A stretch of 64,000 nt of DNA. It comes from Peribolospora baueri (lineage: Eukaryota). Numbering within the stretch: position 1 is the stretch's first letter; each line of letters starts with the position of its first letter. The stretch covers positions 1-64,000 of the forward strand of contig JAMDHS010000102.1 of the NCBI GenBank assembly GCA_029717555.1, written 5' to 3'. Of the stretch, positions 48,842-63,839 are shown one piece after another. The position numbers and the translations under genes were made by a program. Under the pieces are notes generated by a model. It did no database searches. It was not told the origin of the DNA and saw only the letters and a list, made by a program, of their open reading frames with translations.

Positions 48842-51233
48842 ATGCCCCCTCTCCAACCCTCTTCTTCTTTCTCCCACCACCTCCGCCACCGCCACCCGTC
48901 GACGGCCACCGACCCGACCGCCAACGCCGCCCGCGATCAACATCTCCTCGCCCGCCCTCGTTACCACCCGTACCGCTCCTCGTCCACCCTGGCCTATCCC
49001 TCTTCTTCTCCTTGTCCTTCTCCTCCTCCTTGTCCCTCTCCCTCGCCCTCTCTCTCGCCCTCCCTCCACGTCCGCTCCTCCTGGCTTTCTACCAGGTAGG
49101 CCTACGCCCACCGATCTCTCGGCGCCTTTTTTTCTTGTCTGCCCGCTCCTCTTCCCGCGTATTTGCCCAGCTTCTTAACTAACCCTCGATCTCTCTCTCC
49201 CAGCCAGATCCGCCGTACCAACACCGTCGACTCCACTCGCCGCCAGCTCAACCACCACTCCCGAGGCGATGGCCAACCCTCGCCGCCGTCCTCCTCTGCT
49301 TTTTCCTCCATGTGCTCCATCTGGTCGCCTAATCCCGCCGCTCCACCTAGCCCTCGCGCCCCCGCTTCGCCCGCTTTGGGTCTTCTCAACGTTCCCCCTA
49401 TGCCCACCTCCATGCGCCTCCTTCCCCTACCTTTCCCCTCGGCCCATTTCCACCGACACCGCTCCGCCCACTCCTCGTCTCCTTGCCCGCCTAACCCTAA
49501 CCACTCGCCCTACACCCGTTCCTACTGGTCCTCCCCTGGCCTCTCCCACGACTCGATACCCCATCTCTCCTCCTCCTCCTCCACTGCCTCCTCTTCTCCT
49601 CACCACACCCGTCCCTCTTCTCCCTATTCCCACCGTCGGCCCTGTTTGTCTTCCCCCGGCCCTTCCCATCCATCTCTCCCCACCCGCTCCCACGCTCCCA
49701 GCCCCGAGTCTCTGCCCTCGCCCTTTCGTCGCAACAGTGCTAGCTCCCGCGACGACATTCCACCTCACCAGCTGCCTCCGTCCGCACAGACCGCGCCCGC
49801 TTCCCAGGCCCTCCCCGGACCTTACCCTCCCCTTGACCTCCAGTACATCTACGGCTGGAGTTCTGATTCTATCCTTCCCCGATCCCGTCCCGATGATGTC
49901 CTCAGGCCCACCGACGTCGTTGAGCCGCTGGACGACGACCCAGTCGACTATGATCCGGTCGACTACGGAAATATCTTTCAAGACGCCCTCACCGAGCCTT
50001 TGAGGTCCCTCTGGGGCGACCGCGGCCAAGAGTGAGCAGTGAGCCCTTGCCTTCGTCAGCTCGTGTCCAACCCTTTCCCTCACATCCTTTTATCCCTCCA
50101 GACTCCGAGTCGCTCTCGAAGCGACATGCCTCAAAGACCGCTTTGACGGAAACGACATCTTCGTCGCTTACCGTCGCAACTATTCCACCATCGTCTGCCG
50201 CCTCCATCTGGCGCCTTCCTCTTCGACTGGCCTCTCGCCCCAGAGCGACTCGCACGGCTCCTCCGGCATCCCCGACATCTACCTCAGCCGCAAGATCCGC
50301 AACCCGTCTTCGTCAGGCAGGGTGTCATGGGCCAAGAGCAAGCTGCTCAGCTCGCCCAACTCTGACGAAGACGAACCCAAGATCATGCAGCTCGTCAAAG
50401 GATTCAGCGTCGGCTTGGACGCCTTTGTCCTAGGTCAACGCGACACCGACGGTTCTTTTCGCCGCGAAAAGACGAGGGACAAGAACGTCCCCCTCGTCAG
50501 GTACTCTTCCCTCCGCGGTGAGTCACGCCGCCTCGTCGCCGCCCGTGGGCGTAGCCTACGCTCATCTTCGCTCCTCGGGCTTCCTCCCCCCCTCCGCTCG
50601 CCGGTAGAGAATGCAGCGCCGCTCCCTCTCGAGACGGAGCCCGTCACTCCGGGAGACGAACCAGGATCCGAGGCAGTGTTCGAGCGGATTCAGTTCGTGA
50701 GCATGTCTGCTCCACTCCAAGTGGCCGTCGGTCGTCCAGCCTACCTGTGCGACGGCTGATCCATGTCGCGTGTCCTCTTCGTTCCGCCTCACAGAAATCG
50801 GCTACTCCCGGTAACGGAAAGAACAGGAAGCAGCAGCTGTGAGTCCCGTGACCTCTTTCCAGAGCTTGTCAGCCTCGACGCTCTCTCACACCTACTCTCG
50901 ACGATCGCTTCATTGCACCGCTTCGTTCGCCGGCAGCAACGCCTACCGTCTCGTTTTGTATGCCCATGTCGCTCATTGGCCTGGCGCTGAAGGAAGCGCG
51001 GGCCGCCGCGGCAGCGGCTTTGCTAGCAGGAAAGCGGGGCCGAGGGCGGATGCGATCGATACCGTGCCCATAGCGTGAGTGTCTCAGTGCTTTGTGCTCC
51101 GTGCTCTAGGGAGAGCGGACGACGTTTCCTAACCCCCCATTTTACTCGCAGTTCCATCGTCTCCAAAGGCATCGTCGTTCGCGGCCGTTCCAGGGGCCAG
51201 TATCCGCTCGACGGCTTTCGACGTCCCACGTAG
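48842..51233 (+). CDS. NDT80/PhoG-family transcription factor with Ser/Pro-rich N-terminus; about 6 exons
   Basis: Spliced motifs AYRRNY (~50165), AVFERIQF|KSATPGNGKNRKQQL|NAYRLVLYAH, IA|SIVSKGIVVRGRSRGQY. Introns 50697-50794, 50839-50936 and 51075-51151 are phase-compatible. Confidence 0.85.
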
Positions 51234-51789
51234 ACCGCCTTCTTTTCGCAGTCCACCCACCGTTGACTCGCCTCTCCGCATTCGCCGCCTCGTCCGATCA
51301 ACCTCACTCTTGGGATTTCGCTAGCTCTTCTCCCTTTCATTCCGCCAGCCTCTCCCGCTCTTTCGAGTGCTCCGAGTGCCCAGACTGCCCACCCAGACTG
51401 CCCCCCCCCCCCCCACCCATGCTTCTATTTGTCGTTCTGCTCTCCTCGCTTCCTTCCTCGCCCGCCTTTCCACCATTCATCTTTTGCCGCGCCTCGTCGA
51501 CGTGCACTCGATTTGCGGTCCGCTTCGCGTTCGATCGTCGCTGCCGCTCGCCGCTGCTTTGCTCTAACTAGGGTCGCCTCCTTCTCCAGCATGCTTCGTC
51601 TTCTCCCGCCCACTCGGGCCTTTCCCTTCGCATCCCAAGCCCGTGTCCTCGTTAGCGCTCTTCGGCGATGCCCCATCACCACCAGCGTCGCATCCATGCT
51701 AGACACAAGTTTGCCAAAGCGAAACGCCGTGTGTGTAGTCGAGTATTCCTGCAACCTGTTCCACCGCATGCTCGATCTATTCCTACCTA

Positions 51790-53526
51790 TCAAGTCATCT
51801 CGGCCAGCATGCTCTCGAGACGTAACCGCTGCTCGTGTCGATGGAGCTCGTCGATGAGATACTCCAACCCACTCCCGTCGTCCTCTGACCCCTCGAGAAC
51901 CTTTTCGAGACCCGAGAGGGAGACGCCGATGCGATGGTCCGTGATACGGTCCTGTTGCCCGGCGGGCGTATGAAGAGAGCGACGGACGGACGAGATCAAT
52001 CCATCTCCCGTTGCGTTCCTACACCTTCCTTCCTAACCCCGGAAAGCCCTCCGGACCGGGACCGGGATGCTCACCTGCGCATAATTATACGTCCGTACCT
52101 TATCACTCCGATCCATCCCCGCCACCTGACTCCTCTTCGCCGCCCGCTTCGACGCCACTTCATCTCGCATTTTACGATCTGCCAGACGCGCGCGCAGGAC
52201 GGCCCATGCTTTTGCTCGATTCTGGAGTTGGGCGGAAGGGATGGAGAGGGTGAGGACCGGCATATGTGTGTGTGTGTGGGGGTGTTCACTTACCTGATGC
52301 TGCGAGCGCGAGTCTTGCATCGAGACCGAGATGCCCGTCGGCTCGTGCGTCAGACGCACGGCCGATTCCGTTCGATTGACGTGCTGCAGGAAGAACCAGT
52401 AAGCGCGTCGCCCGCCCGACCATAGACGATGGCGATCGAGTAATGAACCTCACCTGTCCTCCGGCTCCTCGAGACCTCATGACTTCCAGCTTGACCTCCT
52501 TGGGGTCGACGTAGAAATCGTCGTTCTTGCCGTTGCCCGTCTCTTCCGACAACGGAAGGACGACCATGGCGACGGTGGACGTGTGCACCCTGCCCTGCGT
52601 CTCCGTCAGCGGCACGCGCTGGACCCGGTGCACGCCTGCCTCAAACTTGAGCTTGCCGTACGCGCCCTCGCCTTTGACCTCGAGGATGACCTCCTTGAGC
52701 GCCTCGCCCCCCGCGCTCCCTCCTCGAGCCCCTTCGGCGACGGTACGGGAAAGCGCCTCGACGGACCAGTTCCTCGGCTCCGACGCGCACCATCGCGCGT
52801 ACATGCGCGCCAGGTCTCCCACAAACAGCGCCGCCTCGTCTCCTCCTACGCCGGCTTTGAGCTCGAGGAGGGCAGAGGAAGAGTCGAGCGAAGAAGGGGC
52901 GAGGAGATGTCGTCGGAACGCCGAGCGCAGGGTCGTCAGTGAATCGCGGAGCGTCTCGGCCTCCTCGGCAGCTAGTGTGCGCATCGAAGCGTCGGGATCG
53001 GACTCGGAGAGAGCGAGCGTGGCCTCGAGTTGCTGAGATCACTTGCCGGCAAGAAAGAGGCGGGCGTCGAGTGAGACGGTGGGCGGACGAACGGAGGGAA
53101 GCTCTACAACGGTCCGCGCTCACCTCCTGCGTATCCTTCCATGCCCTCCAGGACTGATGAAGAGGCTCGAGCTCCTTGACCTGGCGTGCTCGACTTATTT
53201 GCTCTGAAGGACTGCCGTTTGGCTTTTGCCGACGGACGTGAAGCCAGAGACGTCAGCCGGCTCAGCACTTCCGATGGGACAAAATAAAAGAAAAAGAGAG
53301 GCGTCCGGCCTCTTACCTTGTCCAGTAGACTCGCCCTCTCCTCCATCATGCGGGCCACCAGGGCCACCACCTTGTCGTCCTTCTCCTCTTCAGCGCCCCG
53401 CCCGGTCGCCTTCTTGGCCGCCCAGAGGGACGAGGAGCTGGTCATCCCCCGTCGACAAGACGGGGAGAAAAAGAGAGCTGTGGCACCGCGCCGACATGCA
53501 TTTCCGGCGGTCGGGAGGACGTACAT
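51790..53526 (-). CDS. MRF1: Mitochondrial peptide chain release factor 1; multi-exon
   Basis: [40 protein letters not shown] (PxT), [42 protein letters not shown]. Confidence 0.95.
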
Positions 53527-53896
53527 GGCCGCTGGATCGTCTCGTGGGTGCGAAGCATCTCGGTGCGCCTTCACTTGGCGCTCGAGCCATCCGACCGGCT
53601 TCTTCTTGCCGCAGCAAGTCATTTTGCGCACTCGGATACTTTCAATCGTCGACGCGAGGCGTCCACGCACGACGTTCGTTCCAAGTCTGCCATCTCGGTT
53701 AGGGTGGTCGAAGGCGAGGGCGCCAGCGAGACGCAAACACGGGTCATGCAGGCGAGGCAGAATGCGCAGAGAGACAGAGAATGGAAAGACGAGCGGTGCC
53801 GACGGACCACAGGAGAGAAGGTCTTGCTGCGGCGTTAAGCGGTCCCGCTTCGACCGCGCACTGACCTCGTCGACTCCTCTCCTCTCCACTTCAGTC

Positions 53897-55482
53897 ATGT
53901 TCTTCGACCTCAACCTCCCATGGCCCACCTCCTCCAGCTTTCCCCGCGGTCCCAGCAGCTCCAAGGCCGGGGGAGGCGCTTCCGGGAAGAAGAGCAAGGC
54001 CAAAGCGCTGCCCGCTTCCCCGGCGCCGGGCGACGACGTCAAGCATGACGCGCTTGCCGCTTTGAGGTCAGAGGAGAGGGAAGAACTGGTTCAGAGCTTG
54101 GAGATGATGATTCACAGTAAGCGTCATGGCCTCCTTCGATAGCATCGACGAAGCATTCACACGAAGAGCCAGTAGAAGCTCACAGTGTCTCGTAATACGC
54201 ATTCGGCCGCTTCAGTGGGATACTCTGTCGTCGCCTTTAACCACGTCGTTCATTCGCGCTTTGACTCCTCCCGGCACCGCAACCCGTTCTCGGATGGCCC
54301 TCCATTCCCAGAAATGGACACCCGAAGTATCCCAAAGCCACATCGAAATATTCTGCAGTTGAGCAGGATGACGCTCGTCATGGACGATGGCGGCGGTGGA
54401 CACGGACTGGTGAGCTCTTCTTTCCTCGTCGCACCAGACACGCGAACTGTTCCGCCGGCCGCTCGTCGTCACCTGGAACACGCTGACTCGCTCTCCTTTG
54501 TCCTGAATTTGCGCTCGCCGTGTACCTCGCCCTGCAGGTAGCATCCAATGCGTTGGCGCTTCAATCCTACGACATTCTCGCCGTACGGCCCTTGAACGAG
54601 TCTGCCTTCCAGACCGCCTGCCTCACCCTATCTGCTCCGAAAGCCTTCGCTATCGATATCATTTCCCTCGATCTCGCCGCATCTCCCCGATTACCCTTCT
54701 ACCTCAAGCGGTCAACCGTCGGCGCGGCCATCGCAGCTGGCGTCGTCTTTGAGGTCTGCTACGGTCCAGCCGTGGGTGCCGGCTCGGGAGATGCCTGCAA
54801 AGCCGAAGGGGGCATTGGCATGGCGGCGAGGAGGAACGTCATCGCTGGTGCAAGGGAAATCATGCGCGTCACTGGCGGCAAGGGAGTCATCATTAGCAGC
54901 GAGGTGAGGCGAATGATGGAGTTCCGGGGACCATTCGATGTCATCAATATGTGAGTCTGGTTCATCGTCTAAGGCGAGGCGCGGCCAGCCATCGGTTCCC
55001 CGACGCACTGATCGACGGTTTCCTTTTCTTCGCACCGCAGGGGCACTCTATTTGGGATGAACCAAGCGCTCGCTCGAGATGCCATCTCGAAGACCTGTCG
55101 ATCGCTCGTGTACAAGGCCGGTGAGTCCTCTTCCCGTTCCAGCTATGTTACCTCCCTGCGACCTTGGTCGCTAGTCTCCATCTGAACGGTCGTCCAGAGC
55201 TAAACAACGTTCTTTTTCTGGCGCTCTTCTTCGGGTTCATGTGTTCCAATCACGGTCCCAGAGACGCGCAAAACGTATGGTGGCGTACTCGCGAACCCGG
55301 TCGTCGTCACGTCGACGATACCATCCGCCCCTTCGGCGGAAGCCGACGCCATGGCGGATGGATCGCTCTCAACCGAGGATGGAACTGCAGACGACGGCGA
55401 GGCAAAGAAGGGGAAACGTGGGGGTGAAGGGGGCGGCGGTGGCGTTCAGGGTCGCCAGGGAAAGAAGAGGAAAGTCAAGTAG
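53897..55482 (+). CDS. RPP1: RNase P/MRP subunit p30 (Rpp1/Rpp30, PHP fold); multi-exon
   Basis: MFFDLNLPWP, GYSVVAFNH, QLSRMTLV, YDILAVRP..E..FQTAC, IDIISLD, GVVFEVCYGP, GKGVIISSE..FRGPFDVIN. Confidence 0.9.
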
Positions 55483-56202
55483 GCATTAATGCTTCGCTTG
55501 CGTCTATCGCAGTGTGCCTGTGGAGCAGCCTTTGGGAGGCGCGGCCGAGTCTACCCAGATCAAAATGGAAACCGGAGATGTCTGCCTCACGACGTTGCGT
55601 TCCAGGTCTTCCTGCGTTATCCGCATCTCCTTCCCGAGTCTTACCCATTGCCGGTGCTGTTGCTGTACAATAAGAACAAGCAAATAAACGGCACGTGCTC
55701 AGTCCCAGGCCTGACCGCGCGGAGCCATCTATCTCTCGAGAAGCCGTGGCGGTTGTCGACACAAAGACTGCGTTTTAGCGTTCCTATCGACGATAGAATG
55801 AATCTTGACGAGTGATCTCGAACCGGTGCTCGTCTCCCGTTCAGCTCATTGACGCCCGGTATTTGCGCTCACATGAACAAGGAGCACGCGAACAAGACGA
55901 GCCAACGCCTCCAGAGGGAGATGAAGAAGAGCAACCAAGGGTATATTCACAATCAGATGTCATAGAACGGGGCAACAAGGGATGCGACGAGAAGGGTAGC
56001 TGTCGTCCACCAGTCCAAGCACCGTAGCGGAAGGCGAGGCGCGAGAAAGCGGGCGAAGGTGTAAGCAGCAAATGCATAAAAAAGAATGCCGAACCAAACC
56101 GAAGGGCGGCTTCCAACTGAGACGATACGAGCACGGAATGCGCGAGCGAGATATGAGTTGCGGGGAACGAGGTGAAACGATTCCGGACGCTTGCGTTCCA
56201 TC

Positions 56203-59135
56203 TCATCCGTCAAGAGGCCTCTCTCCCATCCATCCCACAAAGTCTTGAAATCCGAGTACGGCAGTGACACCGCCTGGGGCAGCAGTCTGTCGTTTCCGGT
56301 GTGCGTCCTTGTCGCGATTACCGGTCTTCTCTCCGTCGTACTCGCCGTAGTCCTCGTCCTCGTCCTCCTCATCCTCTTCCTCTCCGTACTGACGCCTGCT
56401 TTTAGATCGATCTTGCGCACCTCCAGCGACGTCGGCGCCGACACCAGCGATGGGCGCGGCCTGATCACGACCTCCTTTCCCGTCTCTTTCTCCCTCCGCG
56501 TCTGTACCAGCGCTTTCTGAGTCTTCACCGTCAATCCCCGTCCCAGAGGCGAAGCTTGCGCCTCCCGCGCTCATCGACCGAGGCAGACCAGCAGAGCCCG
56601 CAGCAGAGGTGAAGGAGCCGCCCGCAGATCCGCCTCCGCCCACTGCGGTCTCCGCACCAGGTCCAGCGCCATCTCCCGCACCTGAGACGGCGCTCATCTT
56701 CCTCCTCCTCTCGGCCAGCTTCCTTCCCTGCACGCTCAGCTCCTCTCCACCCTCCCTCCAACCGAGGAGCCGCGAGACGATAGAAGCCATATCCGCCTTC
56801 TTCTCCACGTCTGATACCCAGCTGTCCACTGTCCGCTCAAAGTCAGCACGGTTGCGGAAAGGAAGAAGGTAGCCAGCCGTGTGGTGCGGATTCTCGGCCC
56901 CACCGGAGACGGACTGCTGGTGGTGATGGTGATGATGGTGAGCCGAACCTCCGGCCTGAAGCGAATTCTGCCTAGTCCTCTGCGCCGATCCGGAAGGATC
57001 GGGGACGCCCCTGGATGACGAGGCGTTGGGAACTTGAGCCGAGGCGAGAGCGGCTTGGATCGCTCGTCGTTCTTCCTCAGCCTCTTCCCATACAAGCTCA
57101 CGAGCGGCTGAGAAGGTGCGCACGTTGTTGAGCAGAAGTATCGCGCGCAGCGTCGCGTGATCCGGCACCACAAAGCTGGTGGTCGCCCCGTTGCGGCTGT
57201 GCCCTTGGCCTCGACCGTCTGTAGGGATGACGAACGGAATGACATGCCGATGAAGAAGGGTGAGCACGGCCACAGCAGAGGAGAAGGCCGAAGGAGCAAA
57301 GATAACTCACGCGCCCAAATCGGCTCTTCCGCGTTCATAGGCGCACCGTCCTTGTACCCGTTGGAGAGCTCGGCTAGGATAGGAACGTGCTTTGGTGTGC
57401 CCAAGTTGGTGTTGGTGAGGTTCAGGAGGAGCTGAGAGGGGATGGTGCTGATCGCGTTCGGGTTGATGAACCTGACAGGAAGAGCAGAGCGTGTCAGGCC
57501 GACGTGACTCCTAACAACGCGAGAGAAGATCACGGACTCGCTACGCAACCGCACCTTCGGTACAAAACCTGATCGTAAGCCGTCTCGACGGCGCTGTAGT
57601 CAGGTCCGTCTCTGATGACCTTGGAATGGCGCGAGCGCCTCTCCGTGATCGGGTCGCCTCCCAGTCCCATACTGCTCGCGCTCGCCCCGCTGCGAATCTG
57701 CCCCATGATGACGCTCCGTGGCGGAGCGTTAGGCCCCGCCGCGAAAAGGGCGTTCAGACTTGCGCTAGGCACCTCCTTGGGTGATCCGAAGAAGACGTGG
57801 TTCGTCTCCACAAACTCGAGCGTCGCGCCCGGCCTAAGCACGCGCACGCACTCCTCGATCAGAGGGCCCCACCGGTCCTCCGGGACGCCATCGCCGAGAA
57901 AGCGCAGGTGGACAAAGTCGAAGCTAGCGTCCGGAAATGGCAGGCCTTCGAGGAAGTTGTTCACTACCCAAGTCACCCGTCTCGCCAGATCCGGATCGGA
58001 CTCGCGGAGGGGAGCGAGCGAAGGTTGGATGGGCACAAGGTCCAGCCCCATAAACTCGGAGTGAGGCCACGCCGACGCCGACTCGAGACACCACGCGCCC
58101 GTACCCGTGCCTACGTCTAGGACGCGGGCGGGTACGACGTCCGGAGAGAAGACGGGCATGCCGTGGGCGTCCTTGACGGCGTCCATTATTGAGTGCATGT
58201 TGAGGTCACTAAGTGCAAGAAATCGAAGAGCGACAAGCGTAAAAAATGTATGCGTGGCGGAGAAGTAAGGGTTCAATCAGCACGCAGCCGCCCGGTCCGA
58301 CTCTTGGAAGGTGAACGCACTTCTCCAAGTCCTCCCTTCCGTAACTCCTCCAATACGGCGCCCTCTCTCTCTCGTACCCGTGATACCTCCGAAGCTTGCT
58401 CGACTTTGTCCTTCTGTACAAGAAATAGTCCTCTTTCTCCCACCTCCTCGAGCGCTGCTGGCTTTCCTTGCTCCCGTCGGTCTTGGCGCCCCCGCCTTCG
58501 GCCTCAGACGTGGCGCTCGCCATGGCGTTGGATATTGAAGCGGCACCGAAGAGAAACGACGAGCTGATGCCTCCCGTTCCCGCGAACCTGGATCCATGCA
58601 AGGCGGGAAAAGATGGCTCGACATCAGAGAGCGCGATGCCTTGGTCTCCTCCTCTGGAGGACGCCTCCTGTCGAAGGAGACTACGTCGGTCCGGCGGAGG
58701 CGTGCAGAAGATGTACCCTTCCGAGGCGTACAGGTGGCTCTGAGGAGGTTGCTGGAGATTGGGGGGCAGAGGCATGGTGGGAGGCCACGACGGAGAGGAC
58801 GATGATTGGGGCCGACTACCGGGAGGCGATGGCGACGGGGCACCCGATTGCGGGGCCGCCCCGGACTTGCGGCCCTTCTTGTCTAGGCCGGCAGCGGAGG
58901 CCTTGGAGACCGAGGACGCGGGAGAGGTGGAGGCTGGAGTGGACAGCCATGGCGGCGGAATGAGACCGAGACGGTAAGGGAGGGGAAGCGTCTGCCAGCG
59001 CTCATCGAGTGCCTTGGAGCTGTCGCCGAGTCCACCGCCGTGACCATCTGCGCTCGGGCGCTTGGAGCCGGTCGTGGAAGAAGGATGTTCGTTGGAGGTT
59101 GCTGCTGGCAAGCCCCTCGTCGAAGGGGTCGTCAT
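56203..59135 (-). CDS. Class I SAM-dependent methyltransferase (LaeA-like/TAM domain family) with long low-complexity extensions; multi-exon
   Basis: RVLDVGTGTGAW..WPHSEFMGLDLVPIQP, NFLEGLPFPDASFDFVHLRFL..GVPEDRW..LIEECVRVLRPG. Confidence 0.85.
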
Positions 59136-59954
59136 CGTCGTCCGAGCCCTTCGAGACGGGCCAGACGGGACGAGACGGCGATGAGGGCGATTTGATCGGC
59201 AATGATCGGAGCGAGGAGCGAAGTGCCGCCCAGTCGAGCGCAGAAAGAGAAGCGAAGTAGGAGAAGCGCTAAGAAGACGGGAAGAAAGAAAAGGCGGACG
59301 AGAAGAAATGCGAAGAAGAGACAGAGGGGCGGGGTATCGGGTTGCTGGTTGGAGGGGGGCCGGTGAGCCGGGGGGGGGTGGTATATGCGCCTCTGGAGCG
59401 CGTAGGTGGGCGGCGAGCCGGCGGGTAAGCGAGAGGGGAGGATATGGAGTGCGAGACGAAGGCAGCTGGCAAACCAAACCAGACGAGGCCCTTCTCGCTG
59501 GGTGACGAGATGAAGATGAGCTGTCGTCGACGTTGTCGTCGTCGTCGTCGGCGGTGACGGGGCCTCTTTTTCGTTTGTCCCCTCTTGTGGAACCTGAGGC
59601 TGAACGAGGATTGATTATATAACCCTAACCGCTCCCTCGCCTTCCCACAGCACATCGTCCACCTTCCCTTTCCCTGTCCCTGTGTCCTCGTTCTCGTCTT
59701 CCCGATCCACCAAGCGCTCGCCAGTGCACCATGGAAAACGTAATGGGGCCAGAGGAAGCGGTGCACAGGTGCGAGTGCCGCTATTTTCCGACACCTAACC
59801 TCCCCCATGGCGTCCCGTCTTTCCTTTTGGACCACGAATCGAGCGATCGATCTCGCACATCCTGAACAAATCCTCAAATCCCTAGTAGGCAGCCATAGAA
59901 ACAAAGAGCGAGATGTAAACAGACAGCGTAGTCGTACGATTCCGCCCCATTCCT

Positions 59955-60780
59955 TTACCGCTCTTTCTTCTCCATCAGCCGCTCCTTGCCTCCAGTGACC
60001 GGCGTGCTAGGCACCTCACCCCCTCCCTCCCCCTCAAGGTTTCCTTCCTCCGGCACCGTATTCGTGCTGGCGTTCGGAGTGAGCGCTCTATCCTTGAAGA
60101 GCGGAGGGAGAAAGATGGCCGGGTGGCGGTTGTAGATGGGATAGGGTGGTACAATCGCCTGTGGGACGAAGAAAAGGGGCGAGTGAGGACGTGGGCGATG
60201 AGAGGAGCACCGTCAATTCGATCCTCCTCCGGCATGCGACGAGACACGCCACTGATATCCCGAGAGCGCCAAGAAAGGGGGAGAAGACTAACCACCAGCG
60301 CGACGGCAACCCCGACGGCAAAGACGATAAGACAAATCAACAACGACTGGAGCACGAAACCGATAGAGAAGCCAGCGACCTGCAAGCACATATGATGGAA
60401 GACAACAGGAAACAACAGCGACGCGGGAGTGAGGTCCACCAAGCACAAAGAGACGATGCAGGCCAGATCGCCGGTCGCACTCACGGCAGAGCCGATGATA
60501 ATCTGCTGTGAGAGCTTTTCGACGACCCGTTGTCCCTCGTAGTCCTGCCGGTAAGAAAGAACACGATTGATGATTGAGAGGGGCTGAAACAAACCAAGCG
60601 GGCGCAAAGGCGCAAAAGTAGCAGCAAGTCCTGCCTCGCGTCGCCTAGAAGGCTTGGCCCGGCGCCAGGACTTCGGCCGTCCATCAAGCATTGGCAATCG
60701 TAGACTGGCGTGAAGCTACTCACGATCTTGCCCTCTACCACCCTGTTCACCATATCCTTCAGTGAGTTAAAAGGGTCCAT
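59955..60780 (-). CDS. SPC1: Signal peptidase complex subunit Spc1 (SPC12/SPCS1); 4 exons
   Basis: EGKI|DYEGQRVVEKL..|VAGFSIGFVLQSL..|AIVPPYPIYNRHP. Confidence 0.9.
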
Positions 60781-61404
60781 TGCATCGGCCGAGATAGCCA
60801 GGTCGCAAGTGTTGTTGACGAAGCGACGTCGTCTGATGAATCCTAGGATGCGGAAAAAAAGAGATTAGATTCGACTCGTCCGCGGTGACGAGGAGGACGA
60901 CTCGTCCTCGGTCGCGAAACAAGCGATCTACCTTACACGTATTTGCACGTGACACAAGGCACGTGGTTTTTCAGCCGTATAGTTACGCATATTGCCCTCT
61001 TTCATCGGCCGCGGCGCGCTGTTCGATGAGTTGATGTTGCCGCCGCTCGTCCCCCGCAAGAACTCAAGAGATTCCCTTGCGGGAAGTGGAGGCCCACATG
61101 TCGAAGACGCGAGACGCCGGGAAAGGATAAAAAAACGGCGGGAAAAGTCACGGCTCACTCTACGCTGTTCTACCTTCCCGAAAGCGGTCACAGAACTCGT
61201 ACCCACCACCGCGCCTCTGCTTATGACGAAGCAGAACGCGCCCACCGGGACGGCGAAGGAGACCCAATAAGCGCTCTGAGCTCAGTTCTCTCAGCTTTTA
61301 CTCCAAATTCTCTACTCCCAGGTCCCCTGAAATCCCACTTGTCCTTTCCCCAGCGTTTCTGCATCTGGTTGTGCTTTGTTTCACACTGCACCGTGAACCG
61401 CTTC

Positions 61405-62367
61405 ATGCCTGAGTTACCTCTCCGCCCGGGTGCATTACCAACTGCGCTCACGACCACGGCAGCGCCCATATGCTCACTGCTTGCTCCGATGCCCTAGAAG
61501 AAACTTCCGTGGCGAGCTTGAGCATGGCAAGAAGCATCGACATTCAAGAAGCGTTTTGCCCGTCCTGCACCTGCAAGCCAAAAGGGGTAGCTAAGCCTAA
61601 GCAGTATCGTTTGACCGAACGGGCCCCGTTCCCGGCCGTGGTCACTCGTCGTATAGCGCCTTTGTTCACCATTGCCTTCCTCCACAGGCATGCTGCTGGC
61701 TGGAAAGGGACTCGTATTCTGGGGCGAGCGTCAGAACCGACTAATGAGACGGCGGCGAGTTCAACATCGAGCAATGGGGCGCGTGGCGTTAGCTGCTGGT
61801 GAGTTCTTGGGGATTTGTTGTGAGCAGCGGGGCGTTTTAAAGTTGTGTGAGCGGCAGGACAATTAGAGGGCCGTCGTGTGTGACGTGATGGCGACTCTTC
61901 TTCAGTTTCATTCCTCCCGGCATACCCTATGTCTGGGTGTGGATTGAGCATGATATCATGACAGGAGGCCGGCCAGCGCTTTCATGTTCACCTGGATCTC
62001 ATGGCGGAGTCAAGGGCGCTGCAGGTGACACCAAGGGTACACGCGGACGTCGACCGGACGCTCCTCTCATATGCCTCGTGGCTTTCGACCTTACCATCGG
62101 AAGGGGAGTCATGATGATGGTTGTGCTCACTATAGTGTGGCTGATCACCTTGGAGTCTCCCCAGATATCACGCTGGTCGACCACAGGGGCCTGTTGGCGC
62201 TGGCAAAGATGCTGGAGGCATCTGTATACGCTAAGGAGGCCCAGGATTTGTTGCGGAAGATCGGCATGGAGGTCCACAAGAACGGCGACGCACAGGAATG
62301 GCGATTGAAGGAGAGGAGGAGGAAAGGCGGAAAAGCCGGAGAGCAGAGAGCCACGAGGAGTATGTGA
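61405..62367 (+). CDS. Possible small multi-exon hypothetical gene
   Basis: Several splice-like signals (GTGAGT at ~61799; CTGATC..CCCCAG at ~62141-62165) and short coding-looking segments, but I could not build a consistent model. Confidence 0.3.
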
Positions 62368-62490
62368 GAGGCGCCCGGTCGAAGTCCGTATGAGACGTGG
62401 GCGCCCCGCCTTTTAGGCAAAAATCCATAGCACTGCATTGCATTGCAGCCGAGATATCTATTTGTCACAGTCACTCGTTAGAGATCACAG

Positions 62491-63548
<1,058 letters not shown>

Positions 63549-63827
63549 GGTTGCGAGTCTGCGAGTGGAGCTGAGCACGAAGAGGGAGGAGCGAAGAGAG
63601 GGGAGGAGGGTTATTGTGGGCCACGCACGGTCTCCGAAGCCTCCTCGTTGGCTGCTCACAGAGGCGCCTCCCGGTCCGCAGCCGCACCGAGCACGTGCTG
63701 AGCGGCACAGCGCGGCGAAAAGCGGAGCCATGTAGCCGCTGGTCGACGTAGCGGTTGGTACATGTAAGCCAGGTGCCTCCCTCCACCACCTCAACCGGCC
63801 TTCCCCTCTGCATACTCTTCTTGCACC

Positions 63828-63839
63828 ATGTCTTGGCAG
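63828..63839 (+). CDS. Probable first exon (MSWQ) of profilin; gene continues beyond the window
   Basis: ATG TCT TGG CAG|GTGAGT, followed by an intron with a CTGAC branch site and TTGCAG ending at 64000. MSWQ is the typical profilin N-terminus, but only 4 codons are visible. Confidence 0.55.

Noticed and set aside
61490..61800. FCPSCTCMLLAG, reminiscent of the Rpr2/Rpp21 CxxC motif
   Set aside because: It needs a GC-AG intron, and no second CxxC was found; too weak to name.
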